Of a stretch of 64,000 bases of DNA, positions 34,530 through 48,394 are shown piece after piece. The notes beneath the pieces are model-generated. The model saw nothing but the letters and a program-made list of their open reading frames with translations. It was not told the origin of the DNA and did no database searches. Position 1 is the stretch's first letter. Each line of letters begins with the position of its first letter. The stretch covers positions 46,918,470-46,982,469 of the forward strand of contig NC_057719.1 of NCBI RefSeq assembly GCF_004010195.1. Reading direction: 5' to 3'. The stretch comes from Chiloscyllium plagiosum (Eukaryota). Made by a program: the position numbers and the translations under genes.

Positions 34530-37370
34530 TAGAAATATTATGGTACAGAAAGAGGCCATTCGTCCAATCATGTCTGCACCAAACAAAAATAAATTAGGCC
34601 CTCATCCAAACCTCACTTTCAGGCACCTGATCCTTAGATGGTGGATTACAGCACTTCAGGTTCGTTTTAAATGAACTAAGGGTTTCTGTCTCCACCACCA
34701 TGCAGTGCAGTGAATTCCAGACACTCACCATCCTCTGTTTGAAAAGATTTCCTCCTCATGTTCCCTCTAATTCTGTTACCAGTGATCAAACATCTGTGCT
34801 CCTGCTAAATGCCTCTTCATGAAGTGAAACCGCTCTTCCCTGTTCACTCTATTCAAGCCTCTAAGAAGTTTGTACCCCTTAGTTATGTGACCCCACATTC
34901 TCTTGTGTTCTAACAAAACCAGCCCTAACCTGTCCAGTTTTTTTCTCATAGGTGCAATTTTCAAACTCTGGCATCTTTCTTATAAATCTCCTCTGTATTT
35001 TCTCTTAGTTACATTCCATCTGTTATATGGTGATCAAATCTGTACACAGAATTCCAGCTACAGTGCATTCAGTGTGCTGTACAGTTCCAACATAACATTG
35101 CTGCTTTTGTATTCTGTCCTTGTCCAATAAAAGAAGACATTCTATCTCTTCTCTTTACCACCTTATCTACGAGTGCTGCCACCTTCAAGTTCCTGTGGAC
35201 ATGCTTTCTAAGGTCTGCCCTCCTCAATACCCCCCCCCCCCATTCACTATGTATTCTCTAGCTTTGTTTTGGCTCACAAATGCACCACCTCACACATCTT
35301 TGGATTGATTTTCATTTCTCAAGTCTCTCTCTGCTCAAATAAATCATTAATATAATTCTGGAGTCAACAACTATCCTCTTCATTACCAATTACACAACCA
35401 TTTTTTGTGTGCCATCAGCAAATTTATCAATTACGTCTCAAACAATTAAATTTAAATCAATTATTATGACAACAAATTGTAACAAATACTATAACAAATT
35501 GCAAGAAATACTACAACAAATTGTAACACTGAGCCCTAAGGATTGCCATGGAAACTGCTTTCCATTTGCAAAATAACACTGTGATTATTATCCTTGGCTT
35601 CCTGTCACTGAGTCAAGATTTTAATCCATTATGTCACTTTCTCCTGTATCCCATGGACTTTTACATTTCTGACCAGTCTGATAAAGGGGCCTTGTCAAAT
35701 GCCTTACTAAAATCTATATAAATGACATCCACTGCATTATACTCATCAGTCCTTCTTGTAAATATGTCAAAAATTCTATTAATTAAGTAAGACATAACAT
35801 TATGTTAACAAAACCATGCTGACTGTCCCCAATTAATACGTGGCTTCTTAAATGATAGTTTATTCTTTCTCTCAGAATTAATTGCAATAATTTGCTCACT
35901 ATTAAACTCAGACTGACTAGCCTTAATTATTTGGCCTACCCCTCACACTGTTTCTTAATGATAGTGTGATATTTGTAGACCTCTAATCCTCTGGTATCTT
36001 GCTTATATGTTGTGAAGATTACAAAATGATTCTCAGACCATTCATGTTTTCCTCAGCTTTCTTTAACAGCCTGGGATACAATCCATCTGGCCCTGGTGAC
36101 TTATCCTTTATTCAATGATGTCAGTGCCTCTCACATTATGCCTATTGTATATAATATTCCACATGTCTCCTCTTTAAGTGCACCACCTGCATCCTTCCTG
36201 TCCTTTTTCAAGACAGAAACAAAATACTTAAGAACCCTGCCCATATCTTTTGTATCTACTCATAAGTTATCTTATACACCTCTGACAGGCCCAACCATTT
36301 CTTTAATTATTTACGTGAACTTAATGCACTGATAATACATCTTTGGATTTGCACTTGACTTCACCACCAATATTTTTGCATATCTTCAATTACTTTCCTA
36401 ATATACATTTTTACTTCACCCTGTAATCCTCTATTCCCCTCTTAGCTTTTTAGAGTATTAACTTTTTAGTGCATGTCATAATATTTGTTTTTCTATTTTA
36501 TCGCATCCTATGTGTTTCTGGATAATCAGAGGACTGGAGATTTGACAGTGTTGCTCTTTTTCTCCATCACACCCAGAGAATCTCACTTTTGAATGCCTCC
36601 TACTGATCTGTCACTGAATTTCCTTCAAGTAGCTGTATCCAATGAACTTTTGCCAGATCATCTCTCAGCTTAATAAAATTATTGACCTCCAACTTAGAAC
36701 TTTTACTTTTGTTCTTTCTTTGTCCTTTCCTATGATGACACCAATACTAATTATAATATTGTCACTATCTCCAAAATAATCACCCACTGCTACTTCATCC
36801 ATTTTCCCTAAGACTAAAGCTAGAATTGTGTCCTCTTTGCTGGGCTTGATGTGTGCTGGCTAAAAAAAAAATTCTTGAATATAGTTCAAGAATTTTGTGC
36901 TTCTGAGCCTTTCACACTGTTTACCTGCCAGGTTTTACTTGGATGGTTGAAGTCCACAGTTATTGTTGTCCTATTGTTTTTTTGCACTCGCAAAGTTACC
37001 TGCTTATTTGTTCTTCCCTCTCCCTCCCACTATTCAAAGGTATTTGATGCACTCCTTGAAGTATAGCTGCCCCTTTCTTGTTTCTGAACTCATCCCATAT
37101 GGTTTCATTACATGCTTGGTTTAGTATGTTGTCCCCCCTCAGAGCTGCAGTTGATTCTTTAACCAATGATGCTACAGCCACATCTTCTTTTATCCCCCTC
37201 TCTATCCTGTTTAAAAACTCTATGTCCAGGGATGTTGACTGCCACTATTGCTTTTCTTTGCACAACATTTCTACTATAGAAGTGACATCATGCTACCAGG
37301 TGTCTATCTGTGCCGTCAGCTCATTGGCTTTATTCACTATTCCCCTTGCATTTTCATTTGCTCATGTGCT
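34530..37370 (-). mobile_element. Old CR1 ORF2 (EN+RT), heavily decayed
   Basis: Minus-strand KLDRLGLVLLEHKRMWG (3' end); gatgtcatttatatagattttagtaaggcatttgac (DVIYIDFSKAFD) near 35690-35730; endonuclease remnant at 36996-37181. Confidence 0.8.
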
Positions 37371-37399
37371 GTACGTTTGTTAACCTCACTTCCTAAAAC

Positions 37400-37745
37400 A
37401 ATAAGATCACAATATGTTGGCGCAGAAGTAAGCCATTCAGCCCGCTGAGTCTGCTCCACCATTCAATGATATCGTATCTGATCTGGTAACTCTCAACTCT
37501 ACTTTCCTGTCTTTTCCTGATAACTTTAGATCTCCTCACTAATGAAAAATCTGTCTATCTCAGCCTTGAATGTACTTAATGACCCAGCCTTACTAAGGGT
37601 CATTAATTTCTGCAGTAAATAATTCCATAGATTCACTACCCTCTGAGAGTGAACTACTCCTCATCTCTGTCTTAAGTGTATGACGCCTTTCTCTAAGATT
37701 ATGCCTCTGGTTCTAAACTCTGTCAGAAGGGGAAAAACCTCTGTG
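37400..37745 (-). mobile_element. CR1 3' end fragment
   Basis: gccattcagcccgctgagtctgctccaccattcaatg tail, as at 32400, 52460 and 62400. Confidence 0.75.
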
Positions 37746-37761
37746 CAGCTACGCTGTAATG

Positions 37762-40268
37762 GAGTCACAGAGTCATACAGCACGGAAGCAGACACATTGG
37801 TCGAACTTGTACGTGCTGACCAGACATCTCAACCTGACCTAGTCCCATTTGCCAGCATTTGGCTCCTATTCCTGTAAACCCTTCTCATTCATGTATCTAT
37901 CCAAATGCCTTTTAAATGTTATAATTGTACCCACCTCCACCACTTCCTCTGGAGCAGCTCATTCCAGACATGCACCACCCTCTGTGTGCCAATTTACCCC
38001 TCAGGTCCTTCTTAAATCTTTCCCTCTCACCTTAAACCTATGTTGTCCAGTTTTGGACTCTCCCACTGTAGGAAAAAGACCTTGGCTACTCACCCTGTCT
38101 CATGATTTGATAAATCTCTATTACGTCACCCCCTCAATTTCCAGTACTCTAGGGAAAAATGCCCTAGCCTATTCAATCTCTCCCTATAACACAAACCCTC
38201 CAGTCCCGGCAACATCCTTGTAAATCTTTTCTGCACCCTCTCAAGTTTATCAACATCTTTCCTATCGAAGGGTGACCAGAATTGTACGCAGCAATCTAAA
38301 TGTGGCCTAACCAATGTACTGTACATGTATAACATGACATCCTAACACTTGCACTTAATGTTCTGACCAAAGAAGGCAAGCAGCCAAACGCCTTCTTCAC
38401 TACCCAGTCTACCTCTGATGCCACTTTCAAGGAACTATGCACCTGCATCCCTAGGTGTCTTTGTTTGGCAACAGTCCCCAGTGCCCTCCCATAAATTTTA
38501 TAATTCTTATCAAATGCAACACCTTTACATTTATCTAAACTAAACAATATCAGCCACTTCTTGGCCCATTGGGCTCATCTGACCAATGTTCCATTGTACT
38601 TTGAGATAACCTTCTTCACTGTCCATTACACCACCTATTTTTGTGTCATCTGCAAACTTAGTAATCATGTGCCTATATTACCAAGCCTTGCAGCTCATCG
38701 CTGGTCACAGACCTCCAGTCCAAAATGCAACCCTGCACCACCACCCTCTATCTCCTTACTTTAAGCTCATTTTTTATCCAATTGGCTATCATGCCCTGGA
38801 TCCCATGTGATCTAATCTTACTAACCTTGTTGAACGCTTTTCTGAAGTCCATTTAGGCAATGTCTACCACTCTGACGTTATCAATCCTCTTTGTCCCCTC
38901 TTAAAAAACTCAGTCAAGTAGTCAGACAGGATTTCCCACGCACAAAACCATTGTGACTATCTCTAATCAGTCCTTGCCTTTCCAAGTGCATGTAAATCCT
39001 GTTTCTCAGAATCCCATTCCACTGCTTACCCACCACTGATGTAAGGCTCACCAGTCTATAGTTCCCTGGCTTTTCCTTACAGCCTTTCTTAAATAGTGAC
39101 ACCACATTAAGCAATCTCCAGTCTTCCGGCACCTCACCTGTGTCTGTCAATTATACAAATATCTCAGCAAGGGACCCAGCAATCTCTTCACTAGCTTCCC
39201 ACAAAGTTCTGGGAAACACCTGTTTAGATCATGGGGATTTATTTATCTTTATCCATCTTAAGACCTCTAGCACCTCTTTCTCTTTAATATGAACTTTAAT
39301 AATTCACAACATCACTGTTTATCACCAAAGTTCCCGAGCTTCCATGTCCTTCTTCACAGCAAATACTAATAGGAAATATTCATTTATTATTTCACTCATT
39401 GCCTGGGGTTTCACACATAGACAGCCACATTGATCTTTAAAGGGTCCTATTCTTTGTCTAGTTACTCTTTTGTCCTTAATGTACTTATAGAATCTCTTTG
39501 GATTCTCCTTAACTCTATTTGACGAACCTATCTCATGCCCCGTTTTAGCCCTCCTGATTTCCCTCTTAAGTATATTTCTACTGTCCCTAAACTCCTCTTG
39601 GGATTCACTTGATCCCAGTTGTCTATCCCTGATGTATGTCTTCTTTTTCTTGACCGGAGCCTCACTTTTTCTAGTCACCCTGCATTCCCTACACCTACAA
39701 ACTTTGCTCTTCATACTAACAGAATCACACTGTCACTAAACTCTCATTTTCTTTTTTTAAAGGTTTCCCTCTTCCAAAATGCTCCTTTACCTGTGAATAA
39801 CCTTCCTCAATCCACTTTTCAAAGTTCCTGTCTGATACCATCAAAATTGACCTTACTCCAATTTAGAACTTTAATTATTTTATCAGTATGATCCTTTTCC
39901 ATAACTATTTTAAAACAAATAGAATTATGATCTCTTGCCCAAATGTGCTCCCCCACTGAGACCTCAGTCACTTGCCCTGCTTTATTTCCCAAGAGAAGGT
40001 CAAGTATTGCTCCTTCCCTAGTAGGTATATCGACATATTGAATAGGAAAGCTTTCGTGTCCAGACTTAACAAATTCCTCCCCATCCAAGCCCTTAAAACT
40101 ATGGCAGTCCCAGTCTATGTTTGGAAAGTTAAAATCCCCTATTATTACAACCTTATTATTCTTACAGATGTCTGCGGTCTCCTTACAAATTTGTTTCTCA
40201 ATTTCCCATTAACTATTGGGGGGGGGGGAAGGTATATAATACAATCCCAACAAGGAGATTATCCCTCA
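37762..40268 (-). mobile_element. CR1 ORF2, ~2.5 kb, 5'-truncated or interrupted
   Basis: Minus ORFs PTREGAILDLLLGN, GEVPEDWRLLNVVSLFKKG..PGNYRLVSLTSVVGK and LVRPHLDCCVQFWSP. Confidence 0.92.
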
Positions 40269-40269
40269 C

Positions 40270-40863
40270 TTGCCATCCCCTGCTCGACACTGTCCTATCC
40301 CCCCTAGTCCAGGAACTCCCCACATACGTTCGAGACACCACCCACGCCCTCCACCTCCTCCAAGACTTCCGTTTCCCCGGCCCCCAACGCCTCATCTTCA
40401 CCATGGATATCCAATCCCTCTACACCTCCATCTGCCATGACCAGGGCCTCTAAGCCCTCTGTTTTGTCCTCTCCCAACGTCTCCAACAGTACCCTGCCAC
40501 CGACACTCTCATTCGTTTGGCCGAACCGGTCCTCACCCTTAACAATTTCTCCTTTGAATCCTCCCACTTCCTCCAGACAAAAGGGGTAGCCATGGGCACA
40601 CGTATGGGCCCCAGCTATGCCTGTCTCTTTGTTGGCTACGTAGAACAGTCCATCTTCCGTAATTACACCGGCACCACTCCCCACCTCTTCCTCCGCTACA
40701 TCGATGACTGCATTGGCGCCACCTCGTGCTCCCGCGAGGAGGTTGAGCAATTCATCAACTTCACCAACACATTCCACCCCGACCTTAAATTTACCTGGAC
40801 CATCTCCGACACCTGGCTCCCCTTCCTGGACCTCTCCATCTCCATTAATGACAACCGACTTGA
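40270..40863 (+). mobile_element. Penelope-like element reverse transcriptase core (runs into the gap)
   Basis: FTMDIQSLYTSI...LTLNNFSF...QTKGVAMGTRMGPSYACLFVGYVE...FLRYIDD...FTWTIS..LPFLD are PLE RT motifs. Confidence 0.9.
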
Positions 40864-41329
40864 NNNNNNNNNNNNNNNNNNNNNNNNNNNNNNNNNNNNN
40901 NNNNNNNNNNNNNNNNNNNNNNNNNNNNNNNNNNNNNNNNNNNNNNNNNNNNNNNNNNNNNNNNNNNNNNNNNNNNNNNNNNNNNNNNNNNNNNNNNNNN
41001 NNNNNNNNNNNNNNNNNNNNNNNNNNNNNNNNNNNNNNNNNNNNNNNNNNNNNNNNNNNNNNNNNNNNNNNNNNNNNNNNNNNNNNNNNNNNNNNNNNNN
41101 NNNNNNNNNNNNNNNNNNNNNNNNNNNNNNNNNNNNNNNNNNNNNNNNNNNNNNNNNNNNNNNNNNNNNNNNNNNNNNNNNNNNNNNNNNNNNNNNNNNN
41201 NNNNNNNNNNNNNNNNNNNNNNNNNNNNNNNNNNNNNNNNNNNNNNNNNNNNNNNNNNNNNNNNNNNNNNNNNNNNNNNNNNNNNNNNNNNNNNNNNNNN
41301 NNNNNNNNNNNNNNNNNNNNNNNNNNNNN
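40864..41329. other. Assembly gap (466 N)
   Basis: Run of N. Confidence 1.
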
Positions 41330-41915
41330 GGACAAGTCATGGGGACAGTGCTGAGCTGGAAGTTTGGAATTAGGTTGAGGTGGGGGAAGGGGAAATGAGG
41401 AAACTGTTGAAATCCACATTGATGCCCTGGGGTTGGGCCTCCTCCACCGCTGCTCCCTCACCACCAGATGCCTGGAGGAAGAACGCCTCATCTTCCGCCT
41501 CGGAACACTTCAACCCCAGGGCATCAATGTGGATTTTAACAGTTTCCTCATTTCCCCTTCCCCCACCTCATCCTAGTTTCAAACTTGCAGCTCCGCACTG
41601 TCCCCTTGACCTGTCCGGACTTGTCCGACCTGCCCCGCTCCTTTTCCACCTATCCACTCCACCCTCTCCTCCCTGACCTATCACCTTCATCTCCTTCCCC
41701 ACTGACCTATTGTACTCTATGCCACTCTCTCCCCACCCCCACCCTCCTCTAGCTTATCTCTCCACGCTTCAGGCTCTCTGCCTTTATTCCTGATGAAGGG
41801 CTTTTGCCCGAAACGTCGATTTTGCCTGTCTTCGGATGCTGCCTGAATTGCTGTGCTCTTCCAGCACCACTGATCCAGAATCTGGTTTCCAGCATCTGCA
41901 GTCATTGTTTTTATC
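41330..41915 (+). mobile_element. PLE 3' end (41436-41915, +) preceded by an inverted partial copy (41330-41435, -)
   Basis: LEEERLIFRLGTLQPQGINVDF is the PLE C-terminus. 41330-41435 is the reverse complement of ~41508-41610. Confidence 0.85.
41788..41819 (+). ncRNA. Minimal type I hammerhead ribozyme motif in PLE terminus
   Basis: tc-CTGATGA-a-GGGC-tttt-GCCC-GAAAC-GTC-ga: intact catalytic core, 4-bp stem II and palindromic ACGT stem III. Confidence 0.7.
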
Positions 41916-42750
41916 CCCTGCCCTGAATCTAACCTCTGCTTCCCATTGCCATGCTAATCTAGTTTAAACCTTCCCTACCATCACTAGCAAATCTCAATGA
42001 AAGGATATTCGGCCCAGCCCTGATCAGGTGTAGTCCATCCAGCTTGCACAGGTCTCACCTTCCCCAGGCAAAATGGACTGCAGATGCTGGAAATTAGAGT
42101 CTAGATTAGAGTGGTACTGGAAAAGCACAGCAGGTCAGGCAGCATCCAAGGAGCAGGAAAGGACTGGTCCCAAAGCCTCAGATACTGTTTCCCTCCCTCC
42201 TTCACTAGCATTCCTGCCATGTGTTCAGTTGCTCAATTCTCTTATTTCCATACTCACCAGCATGTGAGACTGGGAATAATCCTGCGATTACAGTTTAGAG
42301 CTTCTACTTTTTAATCTCCTTCCTAGCTCCTTAAAATTTGCTTCCAGGATCTCAACTCCTTTCCTACCTAAGTCATTACCTATTGCTATTCACTATCCCC
42401 AGAAGAATGTCCTGCAGCTGCTTGGTGTCCTCTTTGACTATGGCACCAGGGAAGCAACATGCTATCCTGGAGTCAGGACTATGGCCAGAGAAATATCTGC
42501 CTGTTACTCTGACTGCCCATCCTTTCTTCTTCCTCCATTCCTATACAGCTGAGCCACAAATGTAGCTCTGACTGCACTACCCTGAGGAACAAACACCCTT
42601 ATCAGTATCCAAAAAAAGAAAATCGATTATTGAGTGGGACCCCTGCCCCACCTACCAGGTTCCCTTCGACTGCTTGTTGGTTGCCCATTCCTTTTCTGCT
42701 TTCATTCTCCCAACCTGCAGTGTGACCACCTCTCTGAATGTACTATGTTG
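41915..42750 (-). mobile_element. Decayed CR1 ORF1 remnant, interrupted by a PLE terminal fragment (42073-42160)
   Basis: ggcaccagggaagcaacat...ggccagagaaatatctg resembles 1155-1215. Confidence 0.6.
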
Positions 42751-42840
42751 AGCACTCTTGTGTCGCAGTGGCAGTCCCTAATACTGGACCGGGAGGCCTG
42801 GAGTCAAGTCCCACCTGCTCCAGAGGCATATTGTAACATA

Positions 42841-43156
42841 GGTGGCACAGTGGTTAGCACTGCTGCCTCGCAGCTCCAGAGACCCGGGTTCAATTCCCGC
42901 CTCTAGCGACTCTCTGTGTGGAGTTTGCACATTCTCCCTGTGTCTGCGTGGGTTTCCTCCGGGTGCTCCGGTTTCCTCCCACAGTCCAAAAATGTGCAGG
43001 TCAGGTGAATTGGCCATGATAAATTGCCTGTAGTGTTAGGTGAAGGGGTAAATGTAGGGGAATGAGTCTGGGTGGGTTGCTCTTCAGAGGGTTGGTGTGG
43101 ACTTGTTGGGCCGAAGGGCCTGTTTCCACACTGTAAGTAATCTAATCTAATCTAAT
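42841..43156 (+). mobile_element. HE1-type V-SINE, near full length, nested in a short tRNA-SINE (42755-43170)
   Basis: A box tggcacagtgg, B box ggttcaattcc, V-domain, CR1-derived tail gggccgaagggcctgtttccacactgta and (taatc)n. Flanking ataggt at 42838-42843 and 43155-43160 is a probable TSD. Confidence 0.92.
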
Positions 43157-43679
43157 AGGTTGATTGGAAAGAAAAATAGCCACCAGGTTCATGTATGCAC
43201 CATTGTGATTCTAACCACTGGGCAAGCTCCAAAACGTAAAGGCCAAATTTTTGTAGATGGTGACACCTCCTGCACGATTGTCTGGCCGACTGGTAATATC
43301 CATATATTATAGGACATGTATTCCACATCACCTGAGCTGCTCTGCCATGTCTTAACTGTACCTCACTTATTTTAACTTTATTTTATTTGGTTTACTTGTA
43401 TTATTTTGTTTTACTTGAGCTTGACTTTACTTCACTGTTGATTATATTTTTTACTTGAATTGAAATAGCTACTTTCTTAAAAATAAAGTCGTATTCTTCA
43501 TATGACTATTTAAAGGCACTCCCTAACAGCATTTTCTCATCTTTCAATGAACTTATGGTTTTGTGGCGATGTCACATTTTCTATTTTTAGTTGAACTCTG
43601 CCAGCTTCCAAGTAGAGATACCTCCTACAGGTTCAGTTCTCTTGGCTAACCTGATGATTATGTTGCAGTTGTATTTAGG

Positions 43680-43845
43680 ACATAGAACATAGAACAATAC
43701 AATGCAGAACAGGCCCTTCGGCCCTCGATGTTGCGCCGACCTGTGAACTATTCTCAGCTCGTCCCCCTATACTATCCCATAATCATCCATGTGCTTATCT
43801 AAGGATTGTTTAAATCTTCCTAATGTGGCTGAATTGACTACATTG
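43680..43845 (-). mobile_element. CR1 3' tail fragment
   Basis: (catagaa)n followed by caggcccttcggccctcgatgttgcgccgacc; compare 57326-57400. Confidence 0.75.
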
Positions 43846-44964
43846 AGGTGTTTCATAGGAAACAAAGGAAAGCAATGATCTATGTGCTGCATAGCTATTG
43901 TGGGAAACCAATTTCAATTTTGTATTGTTGATGGGTAATTCTTTGTATGCAACCCATGTAGATTCCTTATCAGAAAAAATAGTTACACTCTAATCCAAAG
44001 AGGTAGATGATCAAAATATAAGGATGATAATGTTTTTGTTCCTTTTAATCAACTCTGTCATATCTGCAAGTAAGTTTTTCAAGTTTCATAATAATACCAG
44101 AGGAACTCTCAGAGAATGTTGTAGAGATCAATGAGATTAGCTATGATCTTATTGTTGTTAAAACACAAATGAAATGCTGGTAAGTTACCTATGCATGACA
44201 AACATCCCAGAGTGACATGCTTTGCTATCTACCACATCTGCAAAATAATTACTCAAGTAATCAATTTAGAACATGTACTCACTGTAAACATTTTATGTTT
44301 TGACATGGTGGTTTCAGAGGAAGACTGTTGGTCTTTCAGCACTTTGTGCCCAGAACCAGGACTTACCAAAACATCATGTTGAGGCTGATTCAAAGTCCTG
44401 GTATCCATGTCAGAGAGACCATGATGATATGTTGTATGTTTCACAAACTGTGCATCAAAGAGTTCAAGGCACTAGCGTCAAGTCACATTTCAGGTACTAC
44501 AGGTTTGAACAATTGCTTCTGGTTAACGTCATTCAATTTGGCAGCTTCAAGCAGGCAGTTTCAGAAATGAGTTTGCAGAATAAATAGGATGCTTGCCTTA
44601 GAGGGGGTGGAGAAATACACAGTAGTTAGGGTGGAATCTGCTATGGTTCTTCTGCTTTGTAAACCTGTTGAACCACCTAGGTTATGGATTGATTAGAAAG
44701 TTAACCTATTCGAGGAATTGCTATTTGAAGTTCAATGGCTTGGAAACAATTCTGTTCTGCTATTGCCACTTTAAAATAAAAAATGAAGCTCCTCTGGACG
44801 TTAAAATCCATCTTGAAAGTCAAGTGTAGAAATTCTCTGATTTTCTTGAGATAGCTGATAGGAATAAGCATACAGAAGATTTTTTTCGTTGGCTATGTCC
44901 TTTTAATGAAGAACCGTTATGCACCAAAATGTAAATGATGTTTATAATAACAGGAATGATCATT

Positions 44965-47350
44965 TAAGAACATAAGAAATAAGAAGTGTAGTAGGCTACT
45001 CAACCTATCAAACATGCTTCAACATTCAATAAGATCACGACTGACTTTCTATCTCAGCCCATCTTCCCACATTAACCCCTTAATCCTGCAGTGACAAAAA
45101 AAATCTAATTGATTTCTGCCTTAAACATACTCAATTACTAAGTATCTCCAACTCTCTGGGCTAAGAAATTAAAAGATTCACCATCCACCGAATGAAATAA
45201 TTTCTCCTTATTTAAGTCCAGGATAACCATGTGTTCTGAGATTGGCCTAGCCTGGTGTCACTGTCCTTTCATCAGGGTCATTGATGTAAACTGTAAATTT
45301 TTGATGTTCCAACACATCATTCCTTACATCCTGACAACCTAAAAAAGACCCATCTATAAAAACTCTCTGCTTCCTTTTATTTATTCATGGGATGAGGGTG
45401 TCACTGGCTAGGCCAGCATTTATTGTCCATTCCTAATTACAGAGTCAACCACGTTGCTGTGGATCTGGGGTCAGTGGAGCCAGACCAAGTAAGGATGACA
45501 GATTTCCTTCCATTAAGATCATTAGTGAACCGGATGGGATTTTTCCAACAATCAACCATGGTTTCATGATCATTGTTAGACTCTTAATTCCTGATTTTTA
45601 GTTGATTTCAAATCCCACCATCTGCCGTAGCAGGATTTGATCCCAGGTCCACAGAATATTACTTGGGTCTCTGGTTTAATAGTCCAGTCATAAAACAACT
45701 AGGCCATTGCTTCCCCTAGCCTAGCTTCTATCCCTGGCAATATACTAATCACTATACCATGTACTTTTATTTTCTGTACAGTGACACTATCAAATGTGTT
45801 CTGAAAATCTAAATAGAGTATATCCACCAGTTTCTGTTTATTCTTGGTACATTTTACTTCTTCAAAGAAGCCCAAGAAATAATTAAACATGAATTCCCTT
45901 TCACAATGTCATGTTGACTCTGCCTGATTACCTGAAACTCATCAAAGGTTCCTGCTATAACTACTTTAATAACAGCTTTTAACATTTTTCCAGTCTCAGA
46001 TGTTAAGCTAGCTGACTGGTAGTTTCTTGCTTTCTGACTCTCTTTGCAATATAGGAATTACATTTGCTATCTTCAAGTCTAATAAGACCTTCCCTGAATC
46101 ACAGGAAGTTTGGAAAATTAAAACCAATGCACTAACTATCTCACTAGCCAATTCCTTTAAGACCCTAGGATGAAGTCGATCAGGACCCAAGCATTTGTCA
46201 GCTCAGTACCATGACTCTGGTGATTGTAACTTTCCTGAGTACCTCCCTCCTTTCCAGTTCCTGATTTATCACTGCTGCTGGGATATACCTTGGACATTCT
46301 TTGGTGAAGACTAATGCCAAATATCTTTTAAATTCATCTCCTCTTTATTTTCCATTATTCTCCAGATACATCATCTGTAGGATCAAACCTCGCTTTCTTA
46401 ACCTTTCTTTCTCAATATTTATAGAAACCCTTATCATTTTATTCTATTTTTCTGGTGAGCCTTTTTTTGTATTCAAATTTTGCCTCATTTTTTGAAATTC
46501 ATTTAATATTCTACGTAATCTCCTGATGTGCCACCTGCCTTTGTACAATATGCTTTTCTTTTAGTTTGTTACAATCATTAGGCTTTCTAGTTAGCCAAGG
46601 ATGGTGGGTCTATCCCTTAGAATGTATCTTACTTGTCAGAACGTTGTACTGTGAAAGATTCCCCTTAAATGTTTGCCACTATGTCTCTATTGGCCTAACC
46701 TTTAACCTATATACCAATTTGTATTTATGCCCTCAGAACTGCCCTTATATAAGTTTAAAAAGATAGTCTAAGATCTACTCCTCTTCTTGAAAATGAATGT
46801 AAAGTTCAGTCATTTAACGGTCACTGCTGCTGTGAGACTATTGTTCAATCCTATCTCATAGCACAATACCAGAAATCATACCTTCTAGTAGTGTCCAGAA
46901 CATGCTGTTCTAAGAATCTATCTCAAAAACTCGTCTGGGCTACTGTTACCCATCTGATGTTTCCAGTTTATGTAAAAATTGAAGTCTTCCATAATTATCA
47001 TTGGGCCTTCCAAATGAGCTCCCATTATTTCCTACCTTATGCTCCACCTTATTGAATGGTTAATGTTAGAAGGCCTGTACACTACTCCCACAAGTGACTT
47101 CTTGCCTTCATCATGTCTCATCTCAACACAAACTGTTTCAACATCCTGGTTTCACACATGTAGAATATCCCACTAATACCATCATTAACCAACAGTGTCA
47201 CCCGTTCACCTTTTTCAAGCTTCCTGTCCTTTCTAAACATCCTGTGCCCTTCAATATTCAGGCCCCAATCCATGACATCCTGCACCGATAGCATAGCAAA
47301 GGCTAACAGATTGATTTCTATTTGCGCTTGCAGTACATCTCTATATGCAT
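44965..47350 (-). mobile_element. Old CR1 ORF2 remnant, interrupted by a SINE
   Basis: Minus ORFs GPDRLHPRVLKELASEIVSALVLIFQTS and VDILYLDFQNTFDSV. Confidence 0.8.
45375..45715 (-). mobile_element. tRNA-derived SINE with L2-like tail
   Basis: Reverse complement begins gcaatggcctagt...gggatcaaatcc (A/B-box-like) and ends aataaatgctggcctagccagtgacaccctcatcccatgaataaataaaa. Confidence 0.7.
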
Positions 47351-48394
47351 TCAGAGGGCTGGATTGTACTCTTTTTTTTGGCTGCCAGTTTTGTTGAGTT
47401 TCACGAAGAGTTTTTCTCTCTCCATGAAGTTGAGTGAGATTCTGGACATCTTATCAAACTTGCCTCATTAACGACCTTCCATGCCCCTGTGGCACCCCTG
47501 TCATTCATCCCCCCACCCCAGTATTGCCATTCCTGGAACAGCGGAGGTCATGCCCAGCGGCCCTGGATGTTCAGTCAGGAGGGACGGTTAGCAGTGCCAC
47601 AAGAAAATGAAGCCTCTCTGCCTTATAAGGTAAATACTGCACTCCTCTCTCGGCCACCTCACCCACCAAGGCCAATGCTGACCACTGTCACTATTGCATG
47701 CAACTTCTTTCATTCTTGCTTAGTGATCAGCAGTATCAGGGAGCTAATACATTCAAGCGGCCGGGGATTTGGAATATGCCAGGCCTGTGCCCTGTACAGT
47801 GCATGCGTCTGAGTGGAGCGGTTATGTCTCTAAAGGGCCTCACATCAGTGGGTGTTGCCTGCCCATCCCCCGCAGGTCGAGACACTTATCCGCCCACTCC
47901 AGGTATGGTTGCAGTCAATTTTGCACTCATTGTATATTTTGATTCTACAGCTTGGTGAAAGGTGACAGCATGCTTATTTCTGGCAGTGGTTCCCAGCTTC
48001 TGGTCCCATGTGTCAGCGAGGCTCCAAAAACCTAGATCCCCTTCCTAATACCCGTGTCCAGGCAGTGCGGCTGCCCAGGTCCCCACTCACCCGTCTACAT
48101 CTCCATACACCCCATTGCTAACTGTGATCACCCTTCCCTTCAGCCTGCAGCCCCAAATCCCTACGAGAAGGTTCTTGAAACTTCTTTGCGAGGCAGCAGT
48201 TCCCCTTGTCCTCTCCACCTCCCTTTCCCATTAGCTTCACTGGACAGATGTGATGGACTGACTCTGGCCCATGCACTTGAAAGACCTGACCATACAGCCC
48301 CAGATGTAAAGTGTCCAGAACTCTGACTGATGCTGCATTAGACCTACCTCTCAGACTGGCCAGTGTGGAGCCACAGGGCTTAGCATGACCTGTA

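Noticed and set aside
40304..41491. Long ORFs of 214-395 aa
   Set aside because: Artefacts of translating through the N gap. Only the plus-strand PLE RT portion is real.
42841..42905. tRNA gene
   Set aside because: The A/B boxes belong to the head of an HE1 SINE, with no complete cloverleaf.
47350..48390. GC-richer segment with several 85-107 aa ORFs
   Set aside because: No recognisable protein motif or consistent exon structure. It is probably an unclassified decayed repeat, so I left it unannotated.
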